Notes: generated by a model from the letters alone, not told the origin. Positions 24,951 to 37,810 are shown, counted from the whole stretch's first letter. The stretch is 63,943 nucleotides of DNA, filler included, from Octopus bimaculoides (GCF_001194135.2; 9 parts of 9 records of this genome joined end to end with filler, not necessarily neighbours in it); one strand, 5' to 3'. Numbers and translations: made by a program.

Positions 24951-26229
24951 TATGCATATGCATATACGAATGCGTCTGTTCCCATAAAAAAAAACTGTAA
25001 AACTCATAATCATAAATACAAGCTTCAATTAATCCATCTTCTAATAACAATGAACTGAGAACTAGATAATTAAAAACTGCGTAACTTAAATTCTCCCCTG
25101 TTCAATCCAGAAACGGCACGCAAATCGGAATCAGAAATTCATTCATCACCCAGTATTTTAATTAGTAGATCTATTCATGAATAATGGTATATAATAATAA
25201 AAAAAAAAGGAAGGAAATTATGAACGAGCTAGATAAATATGTTTGGAATTAATGTTGACAGTATATTCGGAACTCAACCACTTAATTAAAAGAACCAAAT
25301 TAATCTACTGGATGTAAACTGATTCGTCAATCCTTTTTAAAATCATTAATGAATTTGACTAAATCAATGAATTCTCTCGATAAACTTAAAATTAATCATA
25401 TATATGAAGAGGGGAAAACAGAAAATTACATTGACGCTGTCCATAATGCATAAAAGATTTCTTCTAACTTAGCAGAAATATCCGTTTGCTAGTGTTCAAG
25501 TGGATACACATGATCGCATCGACCATCCAGGTAAACATTTTTATCTTTTTCTTCGCAAGGAGACAATTCAAGGATGACTTACATTGATGAAATTTTTAAT
25601 TAACATGTAAGAAGAAAATAATTAATGCTTCTTATTTAGGAATCGCAACATGGATTTCAGGATAAGTAGATCTGGTGATGTATGTTTTTGCTCATATTTT
25701 ATGTTTTTATTTGACCAAGGGCCAAACCGAATATACCAGAACTCCTTCTCAAGGAAGAGTTTCACCCAAAACACTAAACTTCACCTCCAAACAATGGCCC
25801 TTCGGAGAGGGACCTTATCTAAAACAAAAGCACTCACCTTCGAAAAATCGACTCTACCTGAGACATTACTATTGTATCGAACATGGATTCTTCCTGAAAC
25901 ATTACAACTCTGTTGAAAATTGGCACAACCTAAATCATGATAATTCATAGTCAACTTATAGATAATCTAAGTTATCTAAGGACCCTGCTCGAAATAGATA
26001 GAACTCACGAACTCATTTTCCAAGAAATACACTAAGTTTCAGTATTTACCTAAGGAAGAGTTTTCTACCTGAATTATAATGACTCTTCCTAACCTATGAA
26101 ATTCCTTAACAATTATTTGCCGACACAGACACACTAAACATTTCATACGGCTCTTTACTTTTAACGGGTGTCTGAAGGACGACTGCTGTCAGAAACGTCA
26201 TAGTTCACAACTCCTTAAAATGAACGAGT

Positions 26230-26403
26230 TTATCTTACTTTTCAAATTCTATCGACTGATTTTCATGGGTGAGGTGGGCGTATCACTTGACACAGATCCT
26301 CACCTCTTTGCTTTACTGAACAGCTGTGGGTGATTACACTATAACGATTTGATTATTGCCCTCGTTCAATGAGAGGCCCGCTATGAAGAGGGTCTTTCAA
26401 CTC

Positions 26404-26444
<41 letters not shown>

Positions 26445-26698
26445 CTCTATTATCCATGAATGAACTATAACAAACGTCTTCTTATAGTCTACCTATACAG
26501 TTGGCAAGTTTCAGAAATGCTTTTTTGCTTCCTTAAGGACTGCTATATGTAGGAGGAGCTGTTCGGCACAGCTCCAGGTTCCTTTCTTTTCTCCTGCTTG
26601 CTCATCAGTCACCATACTATTTGTATTGCATTGATCCTGGAGAGATGTATCGAAGCAATCACTATGTTGTTTAAACATCACATTAATGCACGTTATAC

Positions 26699-26734
<36 letters not shown>

Positions 26735-27070
26735 TTTTTTGCCACATACATCTCCTGGGTTTTAGCTACTAGTGCTATACGTGCGGCAACCAACCTGCCT
26801 GGCGCATCAACCCTAAATTCATCGTTCTTTTGAACACGTTAACAAAGGCTTCCCTGTAGAACGAGAGCTTTTTGCTCCAATAACCGACTATCAGGTCTCT
26901 CTACCCCAAGTAATTTTCCGTTCGGAAATTTTGCAACAACAGTCAGGAGAGTTTTACTAATGATATTATAAGTTATACGAGAGGCATTTACTCAATACTC
27001 ACTCTGTGGCTCATGCAGGTACTTTGCATCATAGCTGTGTTGTTTGTCTGCATTCCAGAATTTTCTCTTA
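26230..27070 (-). mobile_element. R4/Dong-type LINE RT N-terminal fragment, interrupted by (TG)n and poly-T
   Basis: DLIVGYWSKKLSFYREAF..CINVMFK..VTDEQAGEKKGTWSCAEQLLLHIAVLKEAKK..VDYKKTF..HSWII follows the RT 1-3 pattern EQ.G...G..G..EQLL....DY.KAFDSV.H.W. Confidence 0.75.
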
Positions 27071-27162
27071 AATGACCTTAGAGATCATACAGTGGAGGAG
27101 CTTTCATAACTGATTGTATAGCATTCCATACTACGATATATATGGCTGTGTATAGATCGATC

Positions 27163-27198
<36 letters not shown>

Positions 27199-27218
27199 TC
27201 TTTTTATTNNNNNNNNNN

Positions 27219-28903
27219 TTCTTACCATTCTTGCCACATTTACCCATTTTTTATTGAAACGTTCATTCAACAACACTTTCCTCTCTATCCTCATCCTCCT
27301 GGTACTTGAAAAGGTTGACGATGGACTGACCAGAGAGGAAAGTGTTTGTTTGTAGACCTTTCAAACGCGTCCACCACACGCATTATTTTGCCATAGCTAT
27401 CAGTGTTACAAAAACCGTTTTTCCTTCCCGTTTAAAGGAAGGTGGCGGAACAATATTCACGATAGACTCGGCTGATAAGCGGGCTCGTCCCACACGCGAC
27501 AACAGCCGTTCGACGAAGGTCCACAGCTCTGNNNNNNNNNNNNNNNNNNNNNNNNNNNNNNNNNNNNNNNNNNNNNNNNNNNNNNNNNNNNNNNNNNNNN
27601 NNNNNNNNNNNNNNNNNNNNNNNNNNNNNNNNNNNNNNNNNNNNNNNNNNNNNNNNNNNNNNNNNNNNNNNNNNNNNNNNNNNNNNNNNNNNNNNNNNNN
27701 NNNNNNNNNNNNNNNNNNNNNNNNNNNNNNNNNNNNNNNNNNNNNNNNNNNNNNNNNNNNNNNNNNNNNNNNNNNNNNNNNNNNNNNNNNNNNNNNNNNN
27801 NNNNNNNNNNNNNNNNNNNNNNNNNNNNNNNNNNNNNNNNNNNNNNNNNNNNNNNNNNNNNNNNNNNNNNNNNNNNNNNNNNNNNNNNNNNNNNNNNNNN
27901 NNNNNNNNNNNNNNNNNNNNNNNNNNNNNNNNNNNNNNNNNNNNNNNNNNNNNNNNNNNNNNNNNNNNNNNNNNNNNNNNNNNNNNNNNNNNNNNNNNNN
28001 NNNNNNNNNNNNNNNNNNNNNNNNNNNNNNNNNNNNNNNNNNNNNNNNNNNNNNNNNNNNNNNNNNNNNNNNNNNNNNNNNNNNNNNNNNNNNNNNNNNN
28101 NNNNNNNNNNNNNNNNNNNNNNNNNNNNNNNNNNNNNNNNNNNNNNNNNNNNNNNNNNNNNNNNNNNNNNNNNNNNNNNNNNNNNNNNNNNNNNNNNNNN
28201 NNNNNNNNNNNNNNNNNNNNNNNNNNNNNNNNNNNNNNNNNNNNNNNNNNNNNNNNNNNNNNNNNNNNNNNNNNNNNNNNNNNNNNNNNNNNNNNNNNNN
28301 NNNNNNNNNNNNNNNNNNNNNNNNNNNNNNNNNNNNNNNNNNNNNNNNNNNNNNNNNNNNNNNNNNNNNNNNNNNNNNNNNNNNNNNNNNNNNNNNNNNN
28401 NNNNNNNNNNNNNNNNNNNNNNNNNNNNNNNNNNNNNNNNNNNNNNNNNNNNNNNNNNNNNNNNNNNNNNNNNNNNNNNNNNNNNNNNNNNNNNNNNNNN
28501 NNNNNNNNNNNNNNNNGAGTTTGATCACTCTACTGGTGATCTCGTCCCAGTTCTTATCCATTTGGAGGTCAGGACTGAACCAGACCCCGAGCAGTTTAAC
28601 CGGTTCATCCGTCCAGCGTCCCACTACGGAGTCGCTGTTGGACGGTATGGGCTTGCTTCTCCAGGTGCCGAGTAACAAACCCACTGACTTTTCCTGATTA
28701 ATTTTTGCTCCTGTCACCGTTTCGTATTCTTTAAGTGTCTCGCCTAGCATCTCGACGTGCTTTTCGCTCGACACTATGACGGTGACATCGTCCGCATATG
28801 CAGACACGCTCGTCCCGCAACCCAGCTCCCGTGGGATACCCCTCAGTGTCGCCAGCTTCCGCAGTAGTGGTTCGAGCGTCAATACACACAGAAGCGCCGA
28901 CAA
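27219..28903 (-). mobile_element. L1/Tx1-type LINE, RT core to C-terminus, with a gap of about 1 kb
   Basis: [57 protein letters not shown] (RT domains 4-7 with YADD). Confidence 0.95.
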
Positions 28904-29116
28904 GATAGATAGATAGATAGATACATACATACATACATACATACATAATACATACATACATTATATTTATGTATGTGTGTATGTATGTATGTAGGTAGGT
29001 AGGTAGGTAGGTAGGTAGGTAGGTAGGTAGGTAGGTAGGTAGGTAGGTAGGTATGCAGACAGGCAGACAGGCAGACAGACAGGCAGACAGACAGACAGAC
29101 AGACAGCCAGACAGAC

Positions 29117-29170
<54 letters not shown>

Positions 29171-30401
29171 ACATTTATGTATGTGTGCATATTCTTGTAT
29201 GTATGTCACAACATGTGACCTCTCGGCTTGCTCTAAAATATTGCATCTCCTCAAAAGTTTTTCAGTAGTATAATGCTATCTAAATTAAGCAAAATGTTAC
29301 ACATTTGGGGCGGGAGGTAGCGGATAAAGTCGATCAGAGCTATCTGAGTAGGTTATAGAAAGAAAGAAAGAAAGAAAGAAAGAGTCATCCTATTCCGGAT
29401 CTGAACTCAGCACATAACAAAACGTCACGAGTTCTCGTACGACGCTCTATCGGCTTTTGTCATTAAGATAAAACATTTTATAATCTCTATTTGCACAGTT
29501 TTTTGTATAATTATAAATAGGTTTCAATATGCGAAGAACTGAAGTTTTATAGATAAATGCAAGGGCTCCGTGTGAAATAAGGAGCTGAACACGAAAACAG
29601 AACATTTTCCATTCAAAAAAAATGTTGAAACGTTGTTAAAAAGAAAATAAATGTTCAAACAATTCAACATTAATTCTACATGCTAAATCTCAGGAAAAAC
29701 CATAATAATAATTATTATCCACAAACTTTCAAAATCATAATCGTTATTATTTTACACAACATTGAATATATTCACATTAACAAATCATGCATGATAGAGC
29801 CACATCTGTTGTTATTGTCGTTTATCATTTTTTTTTTCGTTTTTTTTTTTCTTCTTTAATTTTGTTGTGTTAAAAACTATTTAAAATAAGATGAAAATTT
29901 TAAAAGCATTTCTATTATAAAAGTTGCATAATTTATATTAAATTGACTAACTTTTCTACAAAGGTTTTAAGCGCTAGTTGCGAAATTTATTCTGAAATAT
30001 AACCTGTTAGAAATGTTTTANNNNNNNNNNNNNNNNNNNNNNNNNNNNNNNNNNNNNNNNNNNNNNNNNNNNNNNNNNNNNNNNNNNNNNNNNNNNNNNN
30101 NNNNNNNNNNNNNNNNNNNNNNNNNNNNNNNNNNNNNNNNNNNNNNNNNNNNNNNNNNNNNNNNNNNNNNNNNNNNNNNNNNNNNNNNNNNNNNNNNNNN
30201 NNNNNNNNNNNNNNNNNNNNNNNNNNNNNNNNNNNNNNNNNNNNNNNNNNNNNNNNNNNNNNNNNNNNNNNNNNNNNNNNNNNNNNNNNNNNNNNNNNNN
30301 NNNNNNNNNNNNNNNNNNNNNNNTCATATCATTGTACTATTTTGTTATATTTTCATAATATTTTATTTTATTTATCGATTTCTCCGTATTTGTCTTTTCA
30401 G

Positions 30402-30443
30402 GTGTCATTCCTCGCCCCCCATTGGCTCATCTGAAGTCTTGAG
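30402..30443 (+). CDS. Candidate exon (42 nt); in phase 1 it reads (G)VIPRPPLAHLKS* and would end the putative ORF
   Basis: Strong acceptor TTTCTCCGTATTTGTCTTTTCAG|G, phase-compatible with 18156-18215. Possible donor GAG|GTGTGT merges into a (TG)n tract. Confidence 0.25.
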
Positions 30444-30537
30444 GTGTGTATGTCTTTGCGGGTGTTTGTATGAGTGTGTGTGTGTGTCTGTGTGCGCGCG
30501 TGTGTGTGTAATCACTTGCGTGTGTGTGTGCGTGTGG

Positions 30538-30572
<35 letters not shown>

Positions 30573-30724
30573 TGTAAATATTTCTGGAAACCAATCTTGA
30601 TTTGATTCCTATTTCATTTCTAGAACTTATATCTTTATCTCCTAACTTAAATCCTTCCTTCTGGATAGTAGCCCCTCTTCTCCTCAGATCGCTTTCGCTA
30701 TATATTCGTCACCATCTTCATTAC

Positions 30725-30770
<46 letters not shown>

Positions 30771-31493
30771 TCCTCCACTTTCACCATTAGTACCACCTCA
30801 ATCACCTCCACGATTATTCACATGACCATTCAATGCTACCAAAACGACGACCACCACCTCCACCACTACTACTACTACTACTACAACTACCACCATATTA
30901 AGAATCATTGATTATCGTTTTCGAATTACGTCTGCAAAATAGATGCTGCTTGTCGAATCATTACGAGGTATTTATAAATTTACCCAACCTCATTAGGCAT
31001 TTTTCTTTTTTTTTTTTCTTTTGCTGCAAAATTGAGTTAAATATCACTTATGCTTTGTTTTAATTCAGTATTCAAACAGTTATTTAACTCCATACCAAAA
31101 TCCACTCTAATGAGCTAATGAAAGAGTCTCTAAGCAGTTGCTCGACTGCTAGATACAGCATCTAAATTATCTTCAAATTCCACCGTATCACCTTAAATGA
31201 GTAAAGTTACTATGCAACCACTGGTACACAAGATCTACTTGATCGGGGTTAGCTTTGAACTAAATAACAACAACAACGACTACGTCGTTTCCACAAGCTG
31301 CTCATTAATTCACAAACCTCGGTTTCATTCTCAAATTGTTGCCGTATCCTGAAGAGAATTCTATTATAGCATAGCTTCCTCACCCACCGTAAACACTCAT
31401 AAATATTATTCGTATCACTCTCAACCTGCTCTCCTTTTATACTTGTTATGCTGCTTTTATTACCTTTTAAACTCCCTTCTCTTGTTTCTCTTT

Positions 31494-31555
<62 letters not shown>

Positions 31556-32497
31556 TTCTTTCTTTCTCTCTCTCTTTCTCCATTCCTCCATCACTACAAC
31601 CTCATCTCTCTCGTTCTTTCTCTCACTCTCTCCCTCTCTCTTTGAACTAACCGTTTTCGCAAACCTACCACCATCCACACGTATACACCAAGAGCTAAAC
31701 ATTCTCAGTTGTTTAAGATCAACAAGACTACCGTCCATGAAAATGACTCTTCCATTACTTTTGAATAACGCACTCCATACACAGTTCCTTTCTTCATTAA
31801 AGTCTCCATTCTCTATATATAACGAGATCTAACCAGGCCATTGGAAGCATGCCACAGCATATCCATCTCAAAGAAGCGATTCTCGCTGACATTACTAACT
31901 ATCGGCTTATGTTTTGTAACCTGTCGAAAGTGAAGGGAACCTGTCAAAAGTGAAGTAGCTAACGAATACAATCTTCAACAGCGTGAGTCTCTCTTTCACC
32001 TCAGTACGAAGCCGTATTGACACCCTGTACGGTTTCGGGAGATTTAGATCTATTGCCGTTGACAGCAAAATATTTGACCGTGTTTGGCATGAGATTCTCT
32101 TAGCTAAGCTACTCGTTTATCTTCTCCAATCTGTTGCATCATTCCGATCTTAGTAAGTCTCATGTGAACCAAAAGTTCTGTTATGTCATCTACACTTTTT
32201 CTTCCGTTATATCACTTTTCACTAACCTTCCGTACATGGGTGTCATTACATCCAAATAAGACACCTCACATATCACACTTGCACTGCTTTCATGTGCAGA
32301 GACTCGGAAATCGTTCTCCAACGGGGACATGACAATTTTATAGCTTTCCTACAACAATGCAACGTCACAAATACTGCATAAATCCAGGAAACCACCGCAT
32401 AACTCATCCCTTTTTAGTCTTTCATGTATTTCTCGAGTTAGAAAACACGCAAATAAAATCGTTAAAGTTACTACAAATTTACTTTCTCTCTTTACTT

Positions 32498-32700
32498 TTT
32501 ACTTTTTTACTTGTTTCAGTCATTTGTCTGCGGTCATGCCGGAGCACCGCCTTTAGTCGAGCAAATCGATCCCAGGACTTATTCTTTGTAAGCCTAGTAC
32601 TTATTCTACCGGTTTCTTTTTTGCCGAACCGCTAAGTTACGGGGACAAACACAGACACACAAGCGATGTTGGGGGGACAAACACAGACACACAAACATAC
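32498..32700 (-). mobile_element. SINE family B, 3' half, CpG retained
   Basis: GCGGTCATGCCGGAGCACCGCCTTTAGTCGAGCAAATCGA..GCCGAACCGCTAAGTTACGGGGAC. Confidence 0.9.
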
Positions 32701-33249
32701 ATATATATATNNNNNNNNNNNNNNNNNNNNNNNNNNNNNNNNNNNNNNNNNNNNNNNNNNNNNNNNNNNNNNNNNNNNNNNNNNNNNNNNNNNNNNNNNN
32801 NNNNNNNNNNNNNNNNNNNNNNNNNNNNNNNNNNNNNNNNNNNNNNNNNNNNNNNNNNNNNNNNNNNNNNNNNNNNNNNNNNNNNNNNNNNNNNNNNNNN
32901 NNNNNNNNNNNNNNNNNNNNNNNNNNNNNNNNNNNNNNNNNNNNNNNNNNNNNNNNNNNNNNNNNNNNNNNNNNNNNNNNNNNNNNNNNNNNNNNNNNNN
33001 NNNNNNNNNNNNNNNNNNNNNNNNNNNNNNNNNNNNNNNNNNNNNNNNNNNNNNNNNNNNNNNNNNNNNNNNNNNNNNNNNNNNNNNNNNNNNNNNNNNN
33101 NNNNNNNNNNNNNNNNNNNNNNNNNNNNNNNNNNNNNNNNNNNNNNNNNNNNNNNNNNNNNNNNNNNNNNNNNNNNNNNNNNNNNNNNNNNNNNNNNNNN
33201 NNNNNNNNNNNNNNNNNNNNNNNNNNNNNNNNNNNNNNNNNNNNNNNNN

Positions 33250-33289
<40 letters not shown>

Positions 33290-33290
<1 letters not shown>

Positions 33291-33380
33291 ACAGTTTGAC
33301 AATCGGTGTTGGTTTGTTTCCTTCCCCATAACTTACAGTATCGATAGAAAGAGATCGATAGAATAAGTACCAAGATTTAA
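33290..33380 (+). mobile_element. SINE family B 3' fragment
   Basis: TTGACAATCGGTGTTGGTTTGTTT..GATCGATAGAATAAGTACCAAG. Confidence 0.65.
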
Positions 33381-33479
33381 AACATGTAAAAGTAGAATAC
33401 AGTCCTGAAATATTTTATATTTAGACAAATATACTTATATTTTTACCTTGAGTTTATAACATTTGTTCTCTACGACAAT

Positions 33480-33810
33480 TTAATACAGCAAGGACCTGTG
33501 TAGCAAGACTTGAACTCGCGTTGTCACTGCAGATTTCAAGCCACGAACGACATGATCCTATGCGCAACCGAGTTATTGACGAATCAGAAGCCAGACATTA
33601 CCTAAAAGATTATTCTGGAAGGCCCTAGAACACTTCCCTACAAGGGTTATAGATAGAGTAGTTTTCGGCGCCAAACTTCAGTGTGTCCTTGGCCTCGGTG
33701 CGAAATACATGCTCTTTCTTTCATAGCTGTTATGTTCCTTATATTTGCTCCAGCCTCAGTGGTAAATTTTGATATCTAGCTACTTTGCATGTTGCATCAT
33801 ATTTCTTTCA
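33480..33810 (-). mobile_element. Possible mariner transposase N-terminal (HTH) remnant
   Basis: Weak nucleotide resemblance (GAGCAAATATAAGGAACATAACAGCTATG, GCCGAAAACTACTC, CGTTCGTGGCTTGAAATCTGCAGTG) to mariner 5' coding sequence. No open frame. Confidence 0.25.
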
Positions 33811-34697
33811 TCTTGTTGACTCTACGTGGATATTTTGCAGTTCTTGAACAACTTCATATGACTAGTGCGGCATTAATAAATCATGTTTAAATGATCACTT
33901 GATGTTAAACCTTACGCGCAACTCCCGTAAATCGCCCAGCAACAATTACAACTACAACACGTTCCAGCAACATTGGTGTGAACCAAGCAATACCTGCAAT
34001 AAGCACGCAAGAACATGGAGACTTCCGTTTTAAATTCTATGTATTACATAAAGTAATGAGTCAGACATATAGCCGATTAAAGTGACTCTAGCGATATAAT
34101 GGTACTTATTTCATTGGTCAGAAGAGAATAAAAGGATATCCTTCATGGGTTTTAAGCTCAAAGGATTAAGGGTTGTAACTATTATTACAAGACATTTAGT
34201 CCTTCACTCTAACGAGTCTGCTAAAACGTCACTCAAACATACTGATAGTAATATTTTTAATGTATATTTACTTTGAAATTCTAGTACTGTAGCCTGAATC
34301 ATGTTTTAGTATCGCAGTATGTATTTCACTGCTTTAACAACTCTCTCTATTAGTTAATGAAATATCAATACAGACAACTTTTCTAAATTATGTGTATTTT
34401 ACTTTCCAAATCATTTCATAAACCGGTTTTCGTTGCCGAGGAAACTGCAACATTCCAACGTTCATCCCAAAATATAACATTCGGATGTTAAAATATTTTA
34501 TTCATCTGCAGTTTCAAATATAGATCAGTTCGTATGTTTTTTTGTTTTGTTTTTTTATTCTGTCTTTCGTTTTAACAGAAAATGAATTTTCAAATTGGGA
34601 CTTATTTTATGTGAAAAATATAATTTGTACACAAATATAATATGAACAGAAATGGTTGTGTTTCTTTGAAAGACAAATGTTGAAGAAGATTACATAG

Positions 34698-34754
<57 letters not shown>

Positions 34755-35492
34755 NNNNNNNNNNNNNNNNNNNNNNNNNNNNNNNNNNNNNNNNNNNNNN
34801 NNNNNNNNNNNNNNNNNNNNNNNNNNNNNNNNNNNNNNNNNNNNNNNNNNNNNNNNNNNNNNNNNNNNNNNNNNNNNNNNNNNNNNNNNNNNNNNNNNNN
34901 NNNNNNNNNNNNNNNNNNNNNNNNNNNNNNNNNNNNNNNNNNNNNNNNNNNNNNNNNNNNNNNNNNNNNNNNNNNNNNNNNNNNNNNNNNNNNNNNNNNN
35001 NNNNNNNNNNNNNNNNNNNNNNNNNNNNNNNNNNNNNNNNNNNNNNNNNNNNNNNNNNNNNNNNNNNNNNNNNNNNNNNNNNNNNNNNNNNNNNNNNNNN
35101 NNNNNNNNNNNNNNNNNNNNNNNNNNNNNNNNNNNNNNNNNNNNNNNNNNNNNNNNNNNNNNNNNNNNNNNNNNNNNNNNNNNNNNNNNNNNNNNNNNNN
35201 NNNNNNNNNNNNNNNNNNNNNNNNNNNNNNNNNNNNNNNNNNNNNNNNNNNNNNNNNNNNNNNNNNNNNNNNNNNNNNNNNNNNNNNNNNNNNNNNNNNN
35301 NNNNNNNNNNNNNNNNNNNNNNNNNNNTAATTGTTGTTAATTATTTGTTACCAATTACTGTTATACGTGTAAAATATTAGTATTGATGGTTTGGTTGAGT
35401 AAACATTGCGTATTGTTTTATTAAAAGCTTAATGTTTCCCAACATCGAAAATTGTGCTCTGAACCTGCTAACCTATTGAATATATTTCAGTG

Positions 35493-35712
35493 GAAGGCGG
35501 CGAGCTGGCAGAAACGTTAGCCCGCCGGGTGAAATGCTTAGCGGTATTTCGTCTGCCTTTACGTTCTGAGTTCAAATTCCGCCGAGGTCGACTTTGCCTT
35601 TCATCCTTTCGGAGTCGATATATTAAGTACCAGTTGCGTACTGGGGTGAATTTAATCAACTACCCTACTCCAAAAAAAAAAACATTTCGGGCCTTGTGCC
35701 TAGAGTAGAAAA
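35493..35712 (+). mobile_element. SINE family C, full length, with 15-bp TSD
   Basis: A-box TGGCAGAAACG and B-box GAGTTCAAATTCC. GAATATATTTCAGTG (35478-35492) and GAATATATTTCAATG (35713-35727) flank the element. Confidence 0.95.
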
Positions 35713-36207
35713 GAATATATTTCAATGGATCCTATCACGCCAATGTATCAAATATAGTGACATTTTTATGTAGATATTTGACGATAATTTGTGCTTTAAT
35801 TTATTCATTAAACTCTATTTCACTTTTTTTCTCACGTGAGAAGTACGAGATATTGAATTCTGAAGTTAAATCAGAAAACTGAAAATGTCCATGTTAGAAA
35901 TAAACTTGACAGGGAGAATAAGCTTGCCAATTTTTAAATTCTTCAAGAAATTTCACTGTGTACCATTTCCATCTCTAAAGTTTAAAAGAACTGGCTTCTA
36001 GTGAAAGATAAGAGAGTCTTCGAAAAAACATCAGGAGATGTCGATGTCAGTGATTGAATGAAGTATATTAGAGGCTGAAATACTTTGATTGCCTTGACCG
36101 AACAGAATTTCATATAATGAGAAACTATTTGGTTTGCTGAGAGAAAACATACAAGTTAGTCTATGAAATCATTAACCTATTTCTCATGTAATAATGATAG
36201 TAATTGT

Positions 36208-36593
36208 GGAGGCGCAATGGCCCAGTGGTTAGGGCAGCGGACTCGCGGTCATAGGACCGCGGTTTCGATTCCCAGACCGGGCGTTGTGAGTGTTTATTGA
36301 GCGAAAACACCTAAAAGCTCCACGAGGCTCCGGCAGGGGATGGTGGCGAACCCTGCTGTACTCTTTCACCACAACTTTCTCTCGCTCTTACTTCCTGTTT
36401 CTGTTGTGCCTGTAACTCAAAGGGCCAGCCTTGTCACACCGTGTCACGCTGAATATCCCCGAGAACTACGTTAAGGGTACACGTGTCTGTGGAGTGCTCA
36501 GCCACTTGCACGTTAATTTCACGAGCAGGCTGTTCCGTTGATCGGATCAACTGGAACTCTCGACGTCGTAAGCGACGGAGTGCCAACAACAAC
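36208..36593 (+). mobile_element. tRNA(Arg)-like SINE family A, full length, (CAA)n tail
   Basis: A-box TGGCCCAGTGG, TCG anticodon-like loop (GGACTCGCGGTC), B-box GTTTCGATTCC. Near-identical to 52525-52907. Confidence 0.95.
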
Positions 36594-36693
36594 NNNNNNN
36601 NNNNNNNNNNNNNNNNNNNNNNNNNNNNNNNNNNNNNTTAATTAATTAANNNNNNNNNNNNNNNNNNNNNNNNNNNNNNNNNNNNNNNNNNNN

Positions 36694-36714
<21 letters not shown>

Positions 36715-36729
<15 letters not shown>

Positions 36730-36960
36730 CATTTATGTGTGTATGCCTTTGTGTCTGTGTTTGTCCCCCTTACCATCGCTTGATAACCGATGTTGGTGTG
36801 CTTATGTCCCCGAAACTTGGCGGTTCGGCTATAGAGATCGACAGAATAAGTACTAGGCTCGCAAAGAATAGGTCCTGGGGTCAATTTCTTCGACTAAAAG
36901 CGGTACTCCAACATGGCCGCAGTCAAATGACTGAAACATGTAAAAGAGTAAAAGAGTATT
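36715..36960 (+). mobile_element. SINE family B, 3' half
   Basis: GTGTTTGTCCCC..CATCGCTTGATAACCGATG..GGCGGTACTCCAACATGGCCGCAGTCAAATGACTGAAACATGTAAAAGA. Confidence 0.9.
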
Positions 36961-36999
36961 TTTATACACACACACACGCACACATATACATAAATAATA

Positions 37000-37810
37000 T
37001 ATAGATATATAAATAAATATAAGATGCATCAAGTACAGGACATCACCAGCGAGTGAAAAATACGTAGACACATAATGAGAGACAAGTACGGGACAAAACA
37101 CCACAAGAAGTCTACTCAGTTGTCGACTGTTAATTACTTCCAATTTCGAGCTTTTACCAACAAGATAGGAAACCTTCATAAAACAGCAGCATCCAGAAAT
37201 TTTAAAAATATAAATTTTGTGGAGAGTTAGAGCTTCGAACGAACAAACAACTACAGGATGGATGTACAGAGTAAAGAATCAACGAAGATAAACATTAAAG
37301 GCCGTAAGACCAAGACGAATTGTAATGGGTAACTCCTGGGGGAAATTTCGAAAGGATATGCAGGGTATCCACAAAGTCTGGGTACATGAAGTAAATAAAA
37401 TCATAACATAAGCAATTAAATATGAGAAATAATAATTTCTTAAAGTATGTGTTAATCCTCATGGACCCAGACTTTGTGGACACCCTGTAGAATAAATGCA
37501 AAAGAAAATAGAAGGGAAAAGAAGAGAGAAAATGCCAGGAGGCGAGAAGAAATACCGTCCAGTTAAGTACGCGTCGCATCCAGTAAAGACAGAGGTGAGA
37601 AAAAAATGACCGGTAGTCACGTGGGGACAAAGAAGCAGAGAAGAAGGGAGACAAGAGAAAGGATGAGGGAAGGAAATTAAGGGAGTGAGGAGAAGGGAGA
37701 AGGTGGAACGAAAGATAATAAGGGGTGAAAGAAAGGTAGACAGGGGAAAGAAAGGAAGGAGAGAAACGGAAAATAAAGAGGATTGTAGAGGAGTAGAGAG
37801 AAAGAAAGAA
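37000..37810 (-). mobile_element. Probable Penelope-like element 5' region, interrupted by a MITE
   Basis: TTTACTGGATGCGACGCGTACTTAACTGGACGG resembles TTTAACTGGATTTGACGTACCCAACTGCCGG at about 59020-59050 (minus). MKVSYLVGKSSK..QLSRLL resembles KNLSYLLFKKTR..FLSRCL of the 58506 element. Confidence 0.35.
37361..37487. mobile_element. 127-bp Tc1/mariner-type MITE
   Basis: 29-bp TIRs CAGGGTATCCACAAAGTCTGGGTACATGA and TCATGGACCCAGACTTTGTGGACACCCTG (27/29). TA on the right and TG on the left (mutated TA TSD inferred). Confidence 0.85.

Noticed and set aside
31700-32200. Possible minus-strand RTE endonuclease remnant
   Set aside because: The resemblance is only patchy at nucleotide level and there is no translatable motif, which is too weak to call.
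32641-32694. 22-bp internal duplication GGGGACAAACACAGACACACAA replacing part of a SINE
   Set aside because: It lies next to a gap and is explained by GGGGAC microhomology slippage or misassembly.
36208-36280. tRNA gene
   Set aside because: A and B boxes are present, but the sequence continues into a 380-bp multi-copy body with a tail (and a TSD in the 52525 copy). It is a SINE head, not a tRNA.
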